The notes under the pieces: generated by a model
What the model saw: only the letters and a program-made list of their open reading frames with translations
Told to the model about the DNA's origin: nothing
The model's database searches: none
Source of the DNA: a virus
Strand: one strand, 5' to 3'
IMG/VR virus record: IMGVR_UViG_3300031656_000001
DNA length: 64,000 nt
Program-made: the position numbers and the translations under genes
Part shown: positions 11,098 through 21,789 of the stretch, in pieces
Position numbering within the stretch: position 1 is the stretch's first letter
How the letters are laid out: every line of letters starts with the position of its first letter

Positions 11098-12453
11098 TTA
11101 CTTCTTTTGTTTAGCCATATCGTTAGCTAGATCATTTAACATCTTCAACTCTAATGTTTGTAATGCTCCTGAACCTCCGTTGCTTCCGCCACCTCCAGCT
11201 ACAATTTTAGGGAATGTAATACCATTTGGTCCAGCTAATGCTTTAGCAACTCCAATTGCAGTCTCTTTATTAATTCTAGCTTGTTCTAATGGACTAAGTC
11301 CTGCCATAACTTTAAGTTTATCACCTTTTGCTTCTGCTGCTTTTAGTGCCAATGTAGATGCTGCTTTGTACTTATCTTCTTCAAGTTTTTCCTTAGCTAC
11401 CAACTTATCCTTTCTTGCTCTAATAACTGCTTCAACTTCATCTGCTTCCTCTGCTGCTGTTCTTTCGGCAATTAACTTTCTACCTTTAACAATCGCAGTT
11501 GCTTCTTCTTGTTGTGCCGCAATCAGCTCTTGTTTAGAATTCGCTTTATCAGCTGCATACTTAATCTTCTGTTTTAATTTGATATCGATTTCTGCAACAT
11601 AATGTACATTATCCATAGAAGTATACGTTGATAAGATGTCGAATGTTTGAATATCTGATATTGAACGTCTAATAGAACCGTCTTTGTTGGTTTTAGGTGT
11701 TACATCAATATACATTTCTTCACTTCCGTCTTCTAATTTACGAGTTTTAGTCGATGTATTTAATAGTACTTGACCGTTTCTTAACTGATCTTGAAAGTAT
11801 TCATCTAATTGTGACTTACCACCAGAATAATGTGCTTCTGAACTCATTCTCTGTGTACTAAATGATGCAATTTTCTTTTGATAAGAAAGCAACGTAGTAC
11901 TCATTAAATTTTCAAAGTTATTGTAAGTGATATGTAAATCAATCATCTTCTCTGTGCTATTTGGTAAATCCCATTTAACTGTATGCTCTAATTCTGCATT
12001 ATCACCTTCACTAAATGTACCATCTTTCGGGCTACTTGATATCCAAAGATCGGCATCTGGACTTTTGTTTGCTTCACGACTTACTTGAATTGTAAAGTTA
12101 TTTGGCCATACTGTTTTTGTACTGAAAATACCAGAGTAATATAGTCCTGGATTAAATTGTGTCCATAACGCACCTTTGATTGGCTGAATAATTGTACGTT
12201 CTCCTGCATCGTTAATACTTAATGGATTTGCTATTCCAAATAAGAATACGAAAAACGCGATTGGTAAAATAGCCATAGGTCTAAATATAACCGGGAATTC
12301 GAATTCTGTTTTTAAGTCCCTGTCATAACTGTTAGGATCCTCGTTGTACTTTTTTGCTACGATGTTTTTTTCTTTGTTGTTTGCTCCAACTTTACCTAGG
12401 ATATAGGTTGTTATTCCTACGATAAAAAGTAATACTCCAATTGTTGTAATCAT
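11098..12453 (-). CDS. SPFH/band-7 membrane protein
   Basis: two N-terminal TM helices, SPFH-like core, Ala/Glu/Lys coiled coil and Gly-rich tail. Confidence 0.75.
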   Translation of the reverse strand: MITTIGVLLFIVGITTYILGKVGANNKEKNIVAKKYNEDPNSYDRDLKTEFEFPVIFRPMAILPIAFFVFLFGIANPLSINDAGERTIIQPIKGALWTQFNPGLYYSGIFSTKTVWPNNFTIQVSREANKSPDADLWISSSPKDGTFSEGDNAELEHTVKWDLPNSTEKMIDLHITYNNFENLMSTTLLSYQKKIASFSTQRMSSEAHYSGGKSQLDEYFQDQLRNGQVLLNTSTKTRKLEDGSEEMYIDVTPKTNKDGSIRRSISDIQTFDILSTYTSMDNVHYVAEIDIKLKQKIKYAADKANSKQELIAAQQEEATAIVKGRKLIAERTAAEEADEVEAVIRARKDKLVAKEKLEEDKYKAASTLALKAAEAKGDKLKVMAGLSPLEQARINKETAIGVAKALAGPNGITFPKIVAGGGGSNGGSGALQTLELKMLNDLANDMAKQKK

Positions 12454-14467
12454 TTTGTTTTGTTTTTAATTATTATTGTTAATGCCTTTAATTTTATATC
12501 AAGGACTTTCTTTTTTGTTTCAATTCCGTTTATGCCAATTTTGTATATTCTGTTACTAACTCATTAATTCTGGTTTGTACAGCTCTCTTAGAACTTTCAT
12601 CCTTAACTTTAATATCTAAACCATATACTGAGTTTTGTAAGATGCTTAAACTTGTTAATAAATTGCCGACAGTTGTTTTGTCCAATGTATTAATAGACTG
12701 TTTAGCAAAGTGAAATTTAATAAGTTCTGTTAATGCTTCCTTAGTTTTTTTCATTTTTGCAACGCAATCAACATACATTCCAATTAGAGGTCTGTCGTAT
12801 GATTTTTGAAAAGATTCAATACCTGTAATGTATTTGTTATTTTCTTGTACGTATCTAATACCAGAGTGAGTTGGAATTTTGATGGACATTTTATCAATAC
12901 CGTACTTATCCAATTCAATCATAAGTAACTCCATTAAATTAGGAGTATATGTACATTTGGTTTCAAGTACGTTCTTTGCATCCATTGAATATAAAGGTAC
13001 AATCTCGGTATATGCACTTACTGGATATTCAACCATTTCAATCTCTAAATCATGAACAGTTTCAATTGTATCATAAATTCTTTTATGATTTCTAATAAAT
13101 CTAGTTGCTTTGATTTCAGTTTCTAAATCAACATAAACATGCTCCTCGTTATCATCGTCGTACTCTCTATTGAACGATACGATAGTTTCGTTATATTCTT
13201 TAGGTGAAATAGTAGAATGATCCTCAATGTTGTCGTATCCAATATGTTTTCTATTACTAGATTTATATGTGATAGTTTCAGGCTTCTCTGAAGTAATCAT
13301 TAATGTTCCAGCTTTGTAGCCTAATAATGGATCTACTAAGTTCTTTCCGTTAACATCTAAATTCTTAATAGAATAATCTACTGGTGTTTTGAATGTGTAC
13401 AAATTTGTTTGTGGATCAAAACCGACTTTAATTGTATGTTGCATAGTTTTACGTTTTTAATTATAAGTAAATATACCAATTTTATTTGAATAAAAAAAGC
13501 TTGTTGTGCTTTATTTTCAAAAGTTACGAACAATTCAGTTTATTATTCACAAATTGGTTCCATTCTTAACCAGTAATCTGAATCATCTTTTAATTTAGTA
13601 AATTTAACAGTATCGCCTACTTGTAAACAACTATAAAAACCAAAAGAGGTCTTTGATGTCCAACCGTCATTGAATGCTAATTTATATGTTGTATATCCGT
13701 TACTCAATGATGTAGCATTTATAGTTTCAGTTGTTTTTGCTACTATCACCTTTAATGATTCTATTCTTTCAAGAGGTTGTCTCGGAGTATCTCTACATCC
13801 ATACATTCCCAATGATAATATAATAATTGCTAGTATTTTCTTCATGTTATTTAAATTTAACTATTTCTTGATAAGTACTTGAAAACCCAATTCTATATCC
13901 AATAAGATCAAATGTATATGTTGAATCTCTTTTGATTTTACCATACCAATCTGAACTTCTAAAGTTACCATAAATTAAATTATCATCTAACTTATACGTT
14001 CCTTCATTTGTGTATATTAAATAATAGGAATTTGATGTTCCATCTGACATTTGAACAATACGTTCTTTGTCTGTTACCTTTACTGTAACTGTTTGCTTGT
14101 TTCCATACATAGCAACCGTATATGCTATTGAAAGTGCGAATGCTAATACTACTAATCCAAATATTGATTTTCTCATGTTGTTGTTTTTAATTATTATAAT
14201 ATTGCATTTAAGTTGCCCGATACTACTATAAGCATCCTCATTCTGATGTCACATTTCATTGCGTTTTCATAATCTGCATCATCCTTATATTCTGTAACGT
14301 GTTTTTCTAATTGTTTTATTCTGGCATCAATTCTAGTGATTTCAGATAATAATCGGTCTCTTAGTGTTTCTTTCATAATAATTGTATGTTAGTTTTTAAT
14401 TATAAGTAAATATAACAATTTTATTTGAATAAAAAAAGCTTTTTGGGCTTTATTTTCAAAAGTTACG

Positions 14468-14529
14468 AACAATTAAGATTCTTTAACTTCAGGAATAAAC
14501 TCTATTGTTAGTTCATCAATTTGCCCATC
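14468..14529. repeat. 62-bp exact repeat, second copy at 31821-31882
   Basis: identical sequence encoding DGQIDELTIEFIPEVKES* plus the edge of the promoter box. Confidence 0.9.
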
Positions 14530-14927
14530 TTCTAACTCACTCCAACTAACTGATTCTACTGAACATAAATTTATACCCATATAATTAGGTATAACTTGTA
14601 ATGGTAACGGGCATTTTGCTCCATTGTTAATTTCTGTTACTGTCTTTTTAAACTTTTTCATAATTTATTATATTTTACTTATTTCTTTACTATACCAATT
14701 AATTAGCCTTATACATCCCTCTCTAAAAGTATCGTGCATATCAGCATTCTCTATACCAGTTACACCATCACCAAAAGGTATATTCTCAGGTACAACAGTA
14801 ATATACTTTCTGTAATTATTATAGTCATATGTAGGTAAAGGTAGTCCAGTCTTGGTAACTACTATTTCTACTAACTCATCAGTTTTTAATTTATCGTAAT
14901 TCATAATATTTAGTTTAATAATTCTAT

Positions 14928-15347
14928 CTAATTTATACTCATTAATTCTTGTGCAGCGTTCTTAACTTCATTGTTATCTGCTTTTTCTTCGCTACTTGCA
15001 AACTTCTTATTGAATTGTCCCATTACCATTCCAATATTTTTAGCACCACCATCAATTAAAATCTGTACTTCTTCTCTAATCTTTTCAATTGACATTGTTT
15101 TTGGCATATATGGTAGTAACCATTCTATTTCAATAATAGCGTCTTTGTTTCCAGCGTCTAAAACTTCTTTCAAACTCTTATTCATTTTAACAACGACTTT
15201 AGTAACATTAACATCTGATGCTTCTATGCCACGACCTTCGTTATTTTTAATCTCGCTCTTAAGTAATCCTAAGAATGTTTTTTTGATTGTATTTCTTTCC
15301 TTCATCGCTGTGATAAAGTCTGTGTTTATTTGTTCTGATTTGTTCAT
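14928..15347 (-). CDS. GatB/YqeY-domain protein
   Basis: ITAMKER...LLKSEIKN...LPYMPK...NIGMVMG...KAD pattern. Confidence 0.8.
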   Translation of the reverse strand: MNKSEQINTDFITAMKERNTIKKTFLGLLKSEIKNNEGRGIEASDVNVTKVVVKMNKSLKEVLDAGNKDAIIEIEWLLPYMPKTMSIEKIREEVQILIDGGAKNIGMVMGQFNKKFASSEEKADNNEVKNAAQELMSIN

Positions 15348-15349
15348 AA

Positions 15350-16399
15350 TTATACGTTTTGTAATTCAGCAAAAAACATGTTCTTCGCTTTCACTGAAAT
15401 ATATTTGTTAGTATCCTTTGGTGTTAATCCGTTTTCTGTCATAACATCAATTTCTTCATTCATGATATCGTTAATCAACCATCTTAAAAGATCTCCGGTT
15501 TTCTTCACATCATATTCAACTGGACTATTAAACACTTCACCTAAAGCTTGGTTGAATCTGTTTCTGGTCATTGCATATTCAACGAATTCGTTAACACTAT
15601 CTAATTTCTCTACATCAACCGGAGCTAATGTCTTAACTTTAGATACTGAATGCTTTTCACCTTTTACTTTAAATCTGTGATTAGTTCCATTGTAATTAGT
15701 TTCCCATACAACGCCTTCACCAATTCCTGATTTACCGAAATGTTTAGCGACAGGACATTCTTCTTCAATAGCTAATGTCAATTCACTCAACTTATTTGAG
15801 ATTCTTGATGGATCATTAAAATCAATTTCAATTTCCCATGTTGGAAAATCTGTCATATTATAAACCTTCAATTCAGGTGCGTGAATATTACTATAATCAT
15901 ACCATTGAGATACAAAATCTTCGTCATCTGGATTTGATACTTTAATACCAAAGATAAAGAATGATTTTTCAATTTCAGAAATACCAACACCTTTTTGAAT
16001 TCCCTTTCCTGCCCATTCACCAAAGATTGAAATACAAAACTTGGTTGTATCAATATTGTGGATGTATGCAAAGTCTTTGAATTCAGTTTCCCAATAATCC
16101 ATGTTGGATTTAACAAAGAATGAGAATCCCATGTGAGAATCTGCATTAGTATCTAAATCAAATGAGTTGTTTCTTGATTGTGTCCATACACCAAACTTGT
16201 CATTATAACTAATTCCTGCATTTGTTCCATGTAACTTTACTGTACCTTTGAATTTAATCGTAGGTTTTGGTTTAAGTTGATCATAAATAGCATCTCCATT
16301 TTCATCAAGACCTACGTATGAATAACTTCTATTGATTGCACTTACTACATTTCTGTATTGCTCAATCTTAGGGAACTTTAAACATTTGATTTTATCCAT
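15350..16399 (-). CDS. RNA ligase, Rnl2 family
   Basis: motif I KLHGTN, FGEWAG, FFIFGI, GEGVV, FKVK. Confidence 0.85.
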   Translation of the reverse strand: MDKIKCLKFPKIEQYRNVVSAINRSYSYVGLDENGDAIYDQLKPKPTIKFKGTVKLHGTNAGISYNDKFGVWTQSRNNSFDLDTNADSHMGFSFFVKSNMDYWETEFKDFAYIHNIDTTKFCISIFGEWAGKGIQKGVGISEIEKSFFIFGIKVSNPDDEDFVSQWYDYSNIHAPELKVYNMTDFPTWEIEIDFNDPSRISNKLSELTLAIEEECPVAKHFGKSGIGEGVVWETNYNGTNHRFKVKGEKHSVSKVKTLAPVDVEKLDSVNEFVEYAMTRNRFNQALGEVFNSPVEYDVKKTGDLLRWLINDIMNEEIDVMTENGLTPKDTNKYISVKAKNMFFAELQNV

Positions 16400-16486
16400 T
16401 TTGTTTCTGTTTTAATTATAAGGCTAATATAACCATTATTATTGACATAAAAAAGCTTTTATGCGTTTATTTTTTATTTAATTTTA

Positions 16487-16581
16487 GAAATAGGGCCGGA
16501 CTCGAACCGGATACCGTTCTAGACGGATTAGACAACCATTTGACAGGATTCGGGACCATCCCTCATTACGCCCACCTATTT
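16487..16581 (-). ncRNA. atypical tRNA-like RNA (no clear anticodon arm)
   Basis: AAATAGG/CCTATTT acceptor, CCGG-TTCGAGT-CCGG T arm, CCGT/ACGG variable arm, enlarged D loop. Confidence 0.6.
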
Positions 16582-16601
16582 TTTTCTTTAATTTGAAGTT
16601 G

Positions 16602-16674
16602 TACACCTAATAAGAGTCGAACTCATATCTCTCGGTTCGTAGCCGAGTGTTCTATCCAATTGAACTATAAGTGT
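16602..16674 (-). tRNA. tRNA-Arg(ACG)
   Basis: cloverleaf, CTCGG-CTACGAA-CCGAG. Confidence 0.95.
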
Positions 16675-16680
16675 GAAAAT

Positions 16681-16774
16681 AAAAATAAGTCTTCTGGAGC
16701 TTCACCAGCCTTCTAGTATACATGTACCTCTCAGTTAAGAGTCAGTACGAGCTTTCTTACTTTGACTTATTTTT
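16681..16774 (-). ncRNA. candidate structured RNA
   Basis: 11-bp terminal stem, GTAC/CTCT nested arm, CTGG-TGAAGCT-CCAG T-loop-like hairpin. Confidence 0.45.
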
Positions 16775-17335
16775 AATAATTGTGAGGGCTTCTAATTCTT
16801 CTAATTGCTTTTCAAATCTATCGATACTACCCCACATAATGGAAGCTTCAGGATCTAGTTCTTTGATCTGCTCTACTAATTCTTTACATCTACCATCTTT
16901 GTAGAATTTGTTTTCAATAGCAGATGCTAAATCGTTTAAGTGAGATGGTGCATGTATTGAAATTCTTAAATCGTAATCTGACCATTTAGTTTTCCAATCA
17001 ATAAACATAATACCTTTAGTTAGTTTATTTTCTAGATCATGTAACTTGCGATTCCGAACTCTAACAATAGAATTATCAGAACCGAATAAATGCAAGAATC
17101 GTAAAAACCATCTCGGACAATATTTCGGCTTTGCTTCATAATCTAATGCAAGTACTAATGGAAACAATGCTTTAAATGCAGGACTTTCTTCGTTCCATAT
17201 ACTAGTTCCAAGATATCTGTATTTTTCAGCAAATGTTCTTGGAAAAAACATAGCACGTATATCACCAAGACTAATGTCTCTTGTGTGTATCATCTTGTAT
17301 TTTTTACCTCTAAATAGTCTCATAATTTTATATTT

Positions 17336-17623
17336 TTATTTACCTTTATATTGCCACATAACACAATTACAATAAGCATGAACTGATCCTTCTGTCATGC
17401 CAGTATAATGATCATGTTGTAAGTGTATTGGATTTCTTAACATACCTGGTGGAAATAACTTTAAATTGATTTCTAAATCAGTAATTTCCTTTGGTGGCTT
17501 TTTATCCAAATCTTCTTTACAGTAATAACATTTACCGTTTTGTTCCTTTGTGTATTGTTCTCTAACTAACCTTCTATTCTTTCCAGATAGTTTATCGTAA
17601 TCTAATGGTAACTTAAATTCCAT
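17336..17623 (-). CDS. endonuclease VII-like His-Me finger nuclease
   Basis: CYYC...HLQHDHYTG...HAYCN. Confidence 0.7.
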   Translation of the reverse strand: MEFKLPLDYDKLSGKNRRLVREQYTKEQNGKCYYCKEDLDKKPPKEITDLEINLKLFPPGMLRNPIHLQHDHYTGMTEGSVHAYCNCVMWQYKGK

Positions 17624-17635
17624 ATTCCTTTATAA

Positions 17636-18922
17636 TTAAAAGTTTCGTTTTGTTTCATAAACAGCTTTAACTGTAGGGAATCTCAATGAGTTGGTCCCTC
17701 TTTCATTTAAAGTTTCTTCGAAATATTGTACACATATTTGTTTACCTACAATATCATTAGGATTTAAAAAGTAATGTCGTCTCTGTTCATGTGAGAATCC
17801 GCTTCCTACACTAACTCTATTTCCTTTGTGTTCTATTACTACATTCTTCATCATCATTTCTTCAACTTCTAATTCATCAACGATAACTCTGTTTATTGCA
17901 TTTTCAATATCTACAACAATATATTCAGCATCATGGAATTTCTTAACTTTAAGAACATCTTTACTTCGCTTTCCTTTATATGTTGTATTCTTACGGAGCA
18001 TTAAACCTTCCCAACCTTCTTCTTTAACAGTTTCCATAAATGATGCTAAATTATCATCGTCTGCTTCTATTTGAGGAAGTACTTGAATAAATTCATCTTC
18101 TGTTATAGCGTTGTTTGCATTTAATATTCTTTCAAAGAATAATGTATCAGAAACTTTATCTGTAAATTCTTTCATAGTTAACATATCAAATATAAAGAAT
18201 TTTGGAGTTTCAATTGTATGATTCTTTCGTTTGATCTCTTTAATGATTCCTTGAAAATCTTCATTTCCATCAGCATCAGTCATACAAATCTCACCATCTA
18301 AAATCATATTAGATAATCCTAACTTTTTAATTGAAGGCTTCAATGCGTCTAATGTTATGAAGTCTTTTCCGGCTCTACTATAAAAATTAATATCGCCTTC
18401 TTCGTTGATCATACATATACATCTTACGCCATCTAATTTTCTTGACAAATACCAACCATCATTCCAATCAACTTTCTTTGCCATCTTCTCATCATATGAA
18501 TTAGCTAATGCAACATCGAATGTTGGTATCAATCCAGGTATCACCTTGTTGATTGTAGAGGCAGTAGAACGTGTCTTAAGGTTTCTATCAAGAATACTAA
18601 AGATCAGATCAGCGTGACTCTTATTAGCCTCTACGAATCCATTAATATAACTTATAGCCTCATGTCCTGTAAGAAATCTAGCATTTAGATCTCGTAACAA
18701 ATCAAACAGATTGGTGTATCCATATTTTATTAGATTTGAATTCTTTTTACAATTATCAGAAGTTACGCCATATTGTTTGAAAGTATCATATGTATGGTTA
18801 AGTGCTTTCTGCACATCTTCATTATCAGCATACTCTCTAAGAACATTTAACTTATCAGTATTTGAATTTGTTGAATTCGATGCTGTAACGAATTCCTGTA
18901 TTGTTTGTAAATAATTACTCAT
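17636..18922 (-). CDS. lig: ATP-dependent DNA ligase
   Basis: KLDGVR, LDGEI, EGLMLR, LKVK, VGSGFS, SLRFP. Confidence 0.95.
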   Translation of the reverse strand: MSNYLQTIQEFVTASNSTNSNTDKLNVLREYADNEDVQKALNHTYDTFKQYGVTSDNCKKNSNLIKYGYTNLFDLLRDLNARFLTGHEAISYINGFVEANKSHADLIFSILDRNLKTRSTASTINKVIPGLIPTFDVALANSYDEKMAKKVDWNDGWYLSRKLDGVRCICMINEEGDINFYSRAGKDFITLDALKPSIKKLGLSNMILDGEICMTDADGNEDFQGIIKEIKRKNHTIETPKFFIFDMLTMKEFTDKVSDTLFFERILNANNAITEDEFIQVLPQIEADDDNLASFMETVKEEGWEGLMLRKNTTYKGKRSKDVLKVKKFHDAEYIVVDIENAINRVIVDELEVEEMMMKNVVIEHKGNRVSVGSGFSHEQRRHYFLNPNDIVGKQICVQYFEETLNERGTNSLRFPTVKAVYETKRNF

Positions 18923-19010
18923 GATTGTCTTGTTTTAATTTATACTACTAATATACGACATATATATGACATAAAAAAATATTATGCTGTTTATTTTCAA
19001 AAAGTTTTAA

Positions 19011-19658
19011 TTATCCTAACGAATCTGGATAAAAAAGTAGCGTGGGATTTTTCTTTTGTATGTCGATGTCTGGATAGTTCTCTTTGAATTTCATTACATC
19101 GAATCTAGATGTGATCAAATGAAAACCACTTTTAGTTGGTATAACTGACTCGATCTTAGGTCCAACTTTATATCCTATTGGAATTCCTACATCATCAAAT
19201 TCAACTTCAGTAATTGGTTTACATTGATATTCAATATATGCAACCATCATTGGTGAAACCTCAGTAACATCATCAAGATCTATGATCCATCTTTTCTCTC
19301 TAGTATTAAGTCTACCGACAGTAGAATCAAATAAACCCTTTTGTTTATGATTTCCATCTTGTATTCTTTGTGCTAAAGTAACCATCATATTTAAACTCAC
19401 ATCGAAATGATTTTGTTTTTGTACATGAATATATCCTCTAGCTTTAAACATCTCACACAATTGCATGATCTCGTCATATCTCTTTTCAAGATGTTCTATG
19501 CTTTCAATACAATAAGTTTTAATTGTTCTTACTGATTGGTGATTATCGCGTTCTCCGATTGGTTGATCCTTTTTACGTTTAAAAACATAAAGCATATAAA
19601 AGTCTCCTTCTTTATCGAAGTTTAATAATGGTTTGATTATTTCTAAGTTGTTTATCAT
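19011..19658 (-). CDS. putative archaeo-eukaryotic primase (AEP)-fold protein
   Basis: WIIDLDD and PTKSGFHLI resemble AEP motifs I and II; start moved to MINNLEII. Confidence 0.5.
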   Translation of the reverse strand: MINNLEIIKPLLNFDKEGDFYMLYVFKRKKDQPIGERDNHQSVRTIKTYCIESIEHLEKRYDEIMQLCEMFKARGYIHVQKQNHFDVSLNMMVTLAQRIQDGNHKQKGLFDSTVGRLNTREKRWIIDLDDVTEVSPMMVAYIEYQCKPITEVEFDDVGIPIGYKVGPKIESVIPTKSGFHLITSRFDVMKFKENYPDIDIQKKNPTLLFYPDSLG

Positions 19659-19757
19659 CTTGCGTAGTTTTGTATATGTAAATATAACTAAAATATATGA
19701 CATAAAAAAATCCTGGCTAAAAAGTTATTAACAATTTCACCAGGATTCTAATGTTTA

Positions 19758-19997
19758 ACAGGAACGTTGTTAGTATTCATTCGGCTCTGCAGCTATATCT
19801 CTTTTATTGTCTTAGCTTCAATAACTATTGGCCTACTGTACTTCAGCGTTATTTCTTCACCTTAATGAGAAGTTGACATTGTCAGATTTTTTTATACTGG
19901 TTAGACGTTCCATTTGCCGTGTCTGTAATTAGCCGAAGCTTTCTTAGTGGACATTATTGGCTTTCTGTGTATAGTTATGGTTTGCTGAACCGTTCCT
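19758..19997 (-). ncRNA. Y-RNA-like ncRNA A (CAGCAA family, about 240 nt)
   Basis: AGGAACG-GTT-CAGCAA...CGTTCCT-GT terminal stem with a multi-hairpin interior. Confidence 0.75.
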
Positions 19998-20000
19998 TTG

Positions 20001-20053
20001 CAGGTTTCATTTTTGGCTATTTATAATTGCTTGTAAGTTGCTGTAAGAAACCT
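20001..20053 (-). ncRNA. Y-RNA-like ncRNA B (CAGCAA family, about 53 nt)
   Basis: AGGTTTC-TTA-CAGCAA...GAAACCT-G; late motif at 20065-20073 just upstream. Confidence 0.75.
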
Positions 20054-20349
20054 TATTTCTTTTATTATATATCTTGTTTTATTGTGCGTACTCTGAGACA
20101 TTCTCTAATGTGAACCATTTCTTAGGTCGACCATCTGGTGATTTAAACTCTGTATATTCAGATTCAGAATATGCATACGCTGCCGCTGCAAAAAATCCAT
20201 TATCTACAACACATATCATATTGTCCATAAATTTAGAATCTGTTACTTGGGTTGCTCCCATTTCTAGTAGCTTTTCACATTTTGAATCGAATGAACTTCC
20301 TAGTTCAACTCCGTTAATTTGATTTACGTATTTTCCCATGTTTTTTGTT

Positions 20350-21789
20350 TTAAATAGTTATATCAGAATATCTTTCATTCATAATTGTCTTGTCCATTAT
20401 TGATAATGGTGTAAAATCATCTCCACCTAAAAGTGACTTTAAGATTGCTGGAGAGAAACCACTTACTAATGCAGTTCCCATTTTATCAAAGGCAACTGGT
20501 ACATCACCGTGTCTAGAATTAAGGTTCCAGTAAATAATCTTAGGAATCTTATAACCTACATCACTGTATAATTTTTCAATCATTTGCTGTGCGGTTGGGT
20601 TCCATTCGTTAGTATTTCCTCTGCTTCCCCATGATCTAGTACTTGTTGCTTCATCAAATTGCATATCTGATAATATCATTATTTTATCTGGCATTTGATC
20701 TGCTTTAACTTCATGTTTCACTGCTTGATCTAATACTTTCATGAATGCGGCTTCTATATTGGTATTCATTCCCCAATCAGATCTATTCATTTGTTGAAAT
20801 CTATCGTATAAATCTCCCTTTAAATATTGTAATTCAGGTGAACCGCTAAATGTTAAGAAAGAATCTTGGAATGGTCCTTCATTTCTCTCAGAAATATAAA
20901 GTCCTAATGAGATTGCAACATCCATACAAGTTACATTTGCATTGTTTCCTGCTGCGCATGACATTGATCCTGAAGTATCTACCATCGGTAAAATCATTTC
21001 AGTTGCTCCTTCTAAGAAATTAGGTAGAGCTTTCCATTGTGCGCTTGCTACATCTTTATCACCTCTATGTAAAGACTTAGTGATGTCATAAGGATAAACT
21101 GCACCTGCATTAATTGTTGCTTCGCCTTTCTTAAGAGCATTCACATAGTTTTCATATCCAATTGGTGCATTCTTCCAAAAAGCTTTTTGATATCTAGCAC
21201 TTGCCACAGATGGCAACTTAGAGAATTCAATAGCTTCCCATTCTTTAGCACACATTAATGTTTCAACAACTTGTGTTAATCCAACAATAGTTTTACGGTA
21301 TTGCTTTGGTGTCATGCCCATAAAGTTTCTAAGCTTTGCAGCTGTTGCACCTTTACGTGGCATCCATTTAGCACATAAACCATTCTTATCTTCTATTGCT
21401 TCTGCTATTAATATAAATGCTTTAGTTTCTAATTTAGTTCCTTCAAATACTAACAAGTCATCCCATCTTCCAAATTCTGAAATAAGGTTTAAGTTTCCTT
21501 CAATTGCTGCAGTATGATTTTCTGCTAAATAAAGTACAATATCTTTAAAGATCTGTCTTTCACCAGCACCACCTCTAACATCTCTTGCCCAAAACAATAT
21601 CTTCATTGCTCTTAATGGATCAGTATTAAACGCCAAAGAAAATTGACTAATAAGTCTAGCTTTATCTTGGCCTCTCATTGCTCCGATATTAAAGAATAAA
21701 TCAACAACTGTATTTAAAGAAGTTGAGTTTGTTGCCATACCATTTTCTGTTACGACATCATCTTGACGAATTGCATCTACTAATTTCAT
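20350..21789 (-). CDS. DUF2828-family Ro60/TROVE-like helical + vWA protein
   Basis: TENG, RDVRGGAGER, EFGRWDDL and AKWMPR in the helical domain; vWA MIDAS DTSGSM, SDMQFD, YWNL, VSGFS. Confidence 0.85.
   Translation of the reverse strand: MKLVDAIRQDDVVTENGMATNSTSLNTVVDLFFNIGAMRGQDKARLISQFSLAFNTDPLRAMKILFWARDVRGGAGERQIFKDIVLYLAENHTAAIEGNLNLISEFGRWDDLLVFEGTKLETKAFILIAEAIEDKNGLCAKWMPRKGATAAKLRNFMGMTPKQYRKTIVGLTQVVETLMCAKEWEAIEFSKLPSVASARYQKAFWKNAPIGYENYVNALKKGEATINAGAVYPYDITKSLHRGDKDVASAQWKALPNFLEGATEMILPMVDTSGSMSCAAGNNANVTCMDVAISLGLYISERNEGPFQDSFLTFSGSPELQYLKGDLYDRFQQMNRSDWGMNTNIEAAFMKVLDQAVKHEVKADQMPDKIMILSDMQFDEATSTRSWGSRGNTNEWNPTAQQMIEKLYSDVGYKIPKIIYWNLNSRHGDVPVAFDKMGTALVSGFSPAILKSLLGGDDFTPLSIMDKTIMNERYSDITI

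Noticed and set aside
16487-16581. Selenocysteine or opal suppressor tRNA (TCA in the loop)
   Set aside because: No U33, irregular stem and no Sec-type acceptor length
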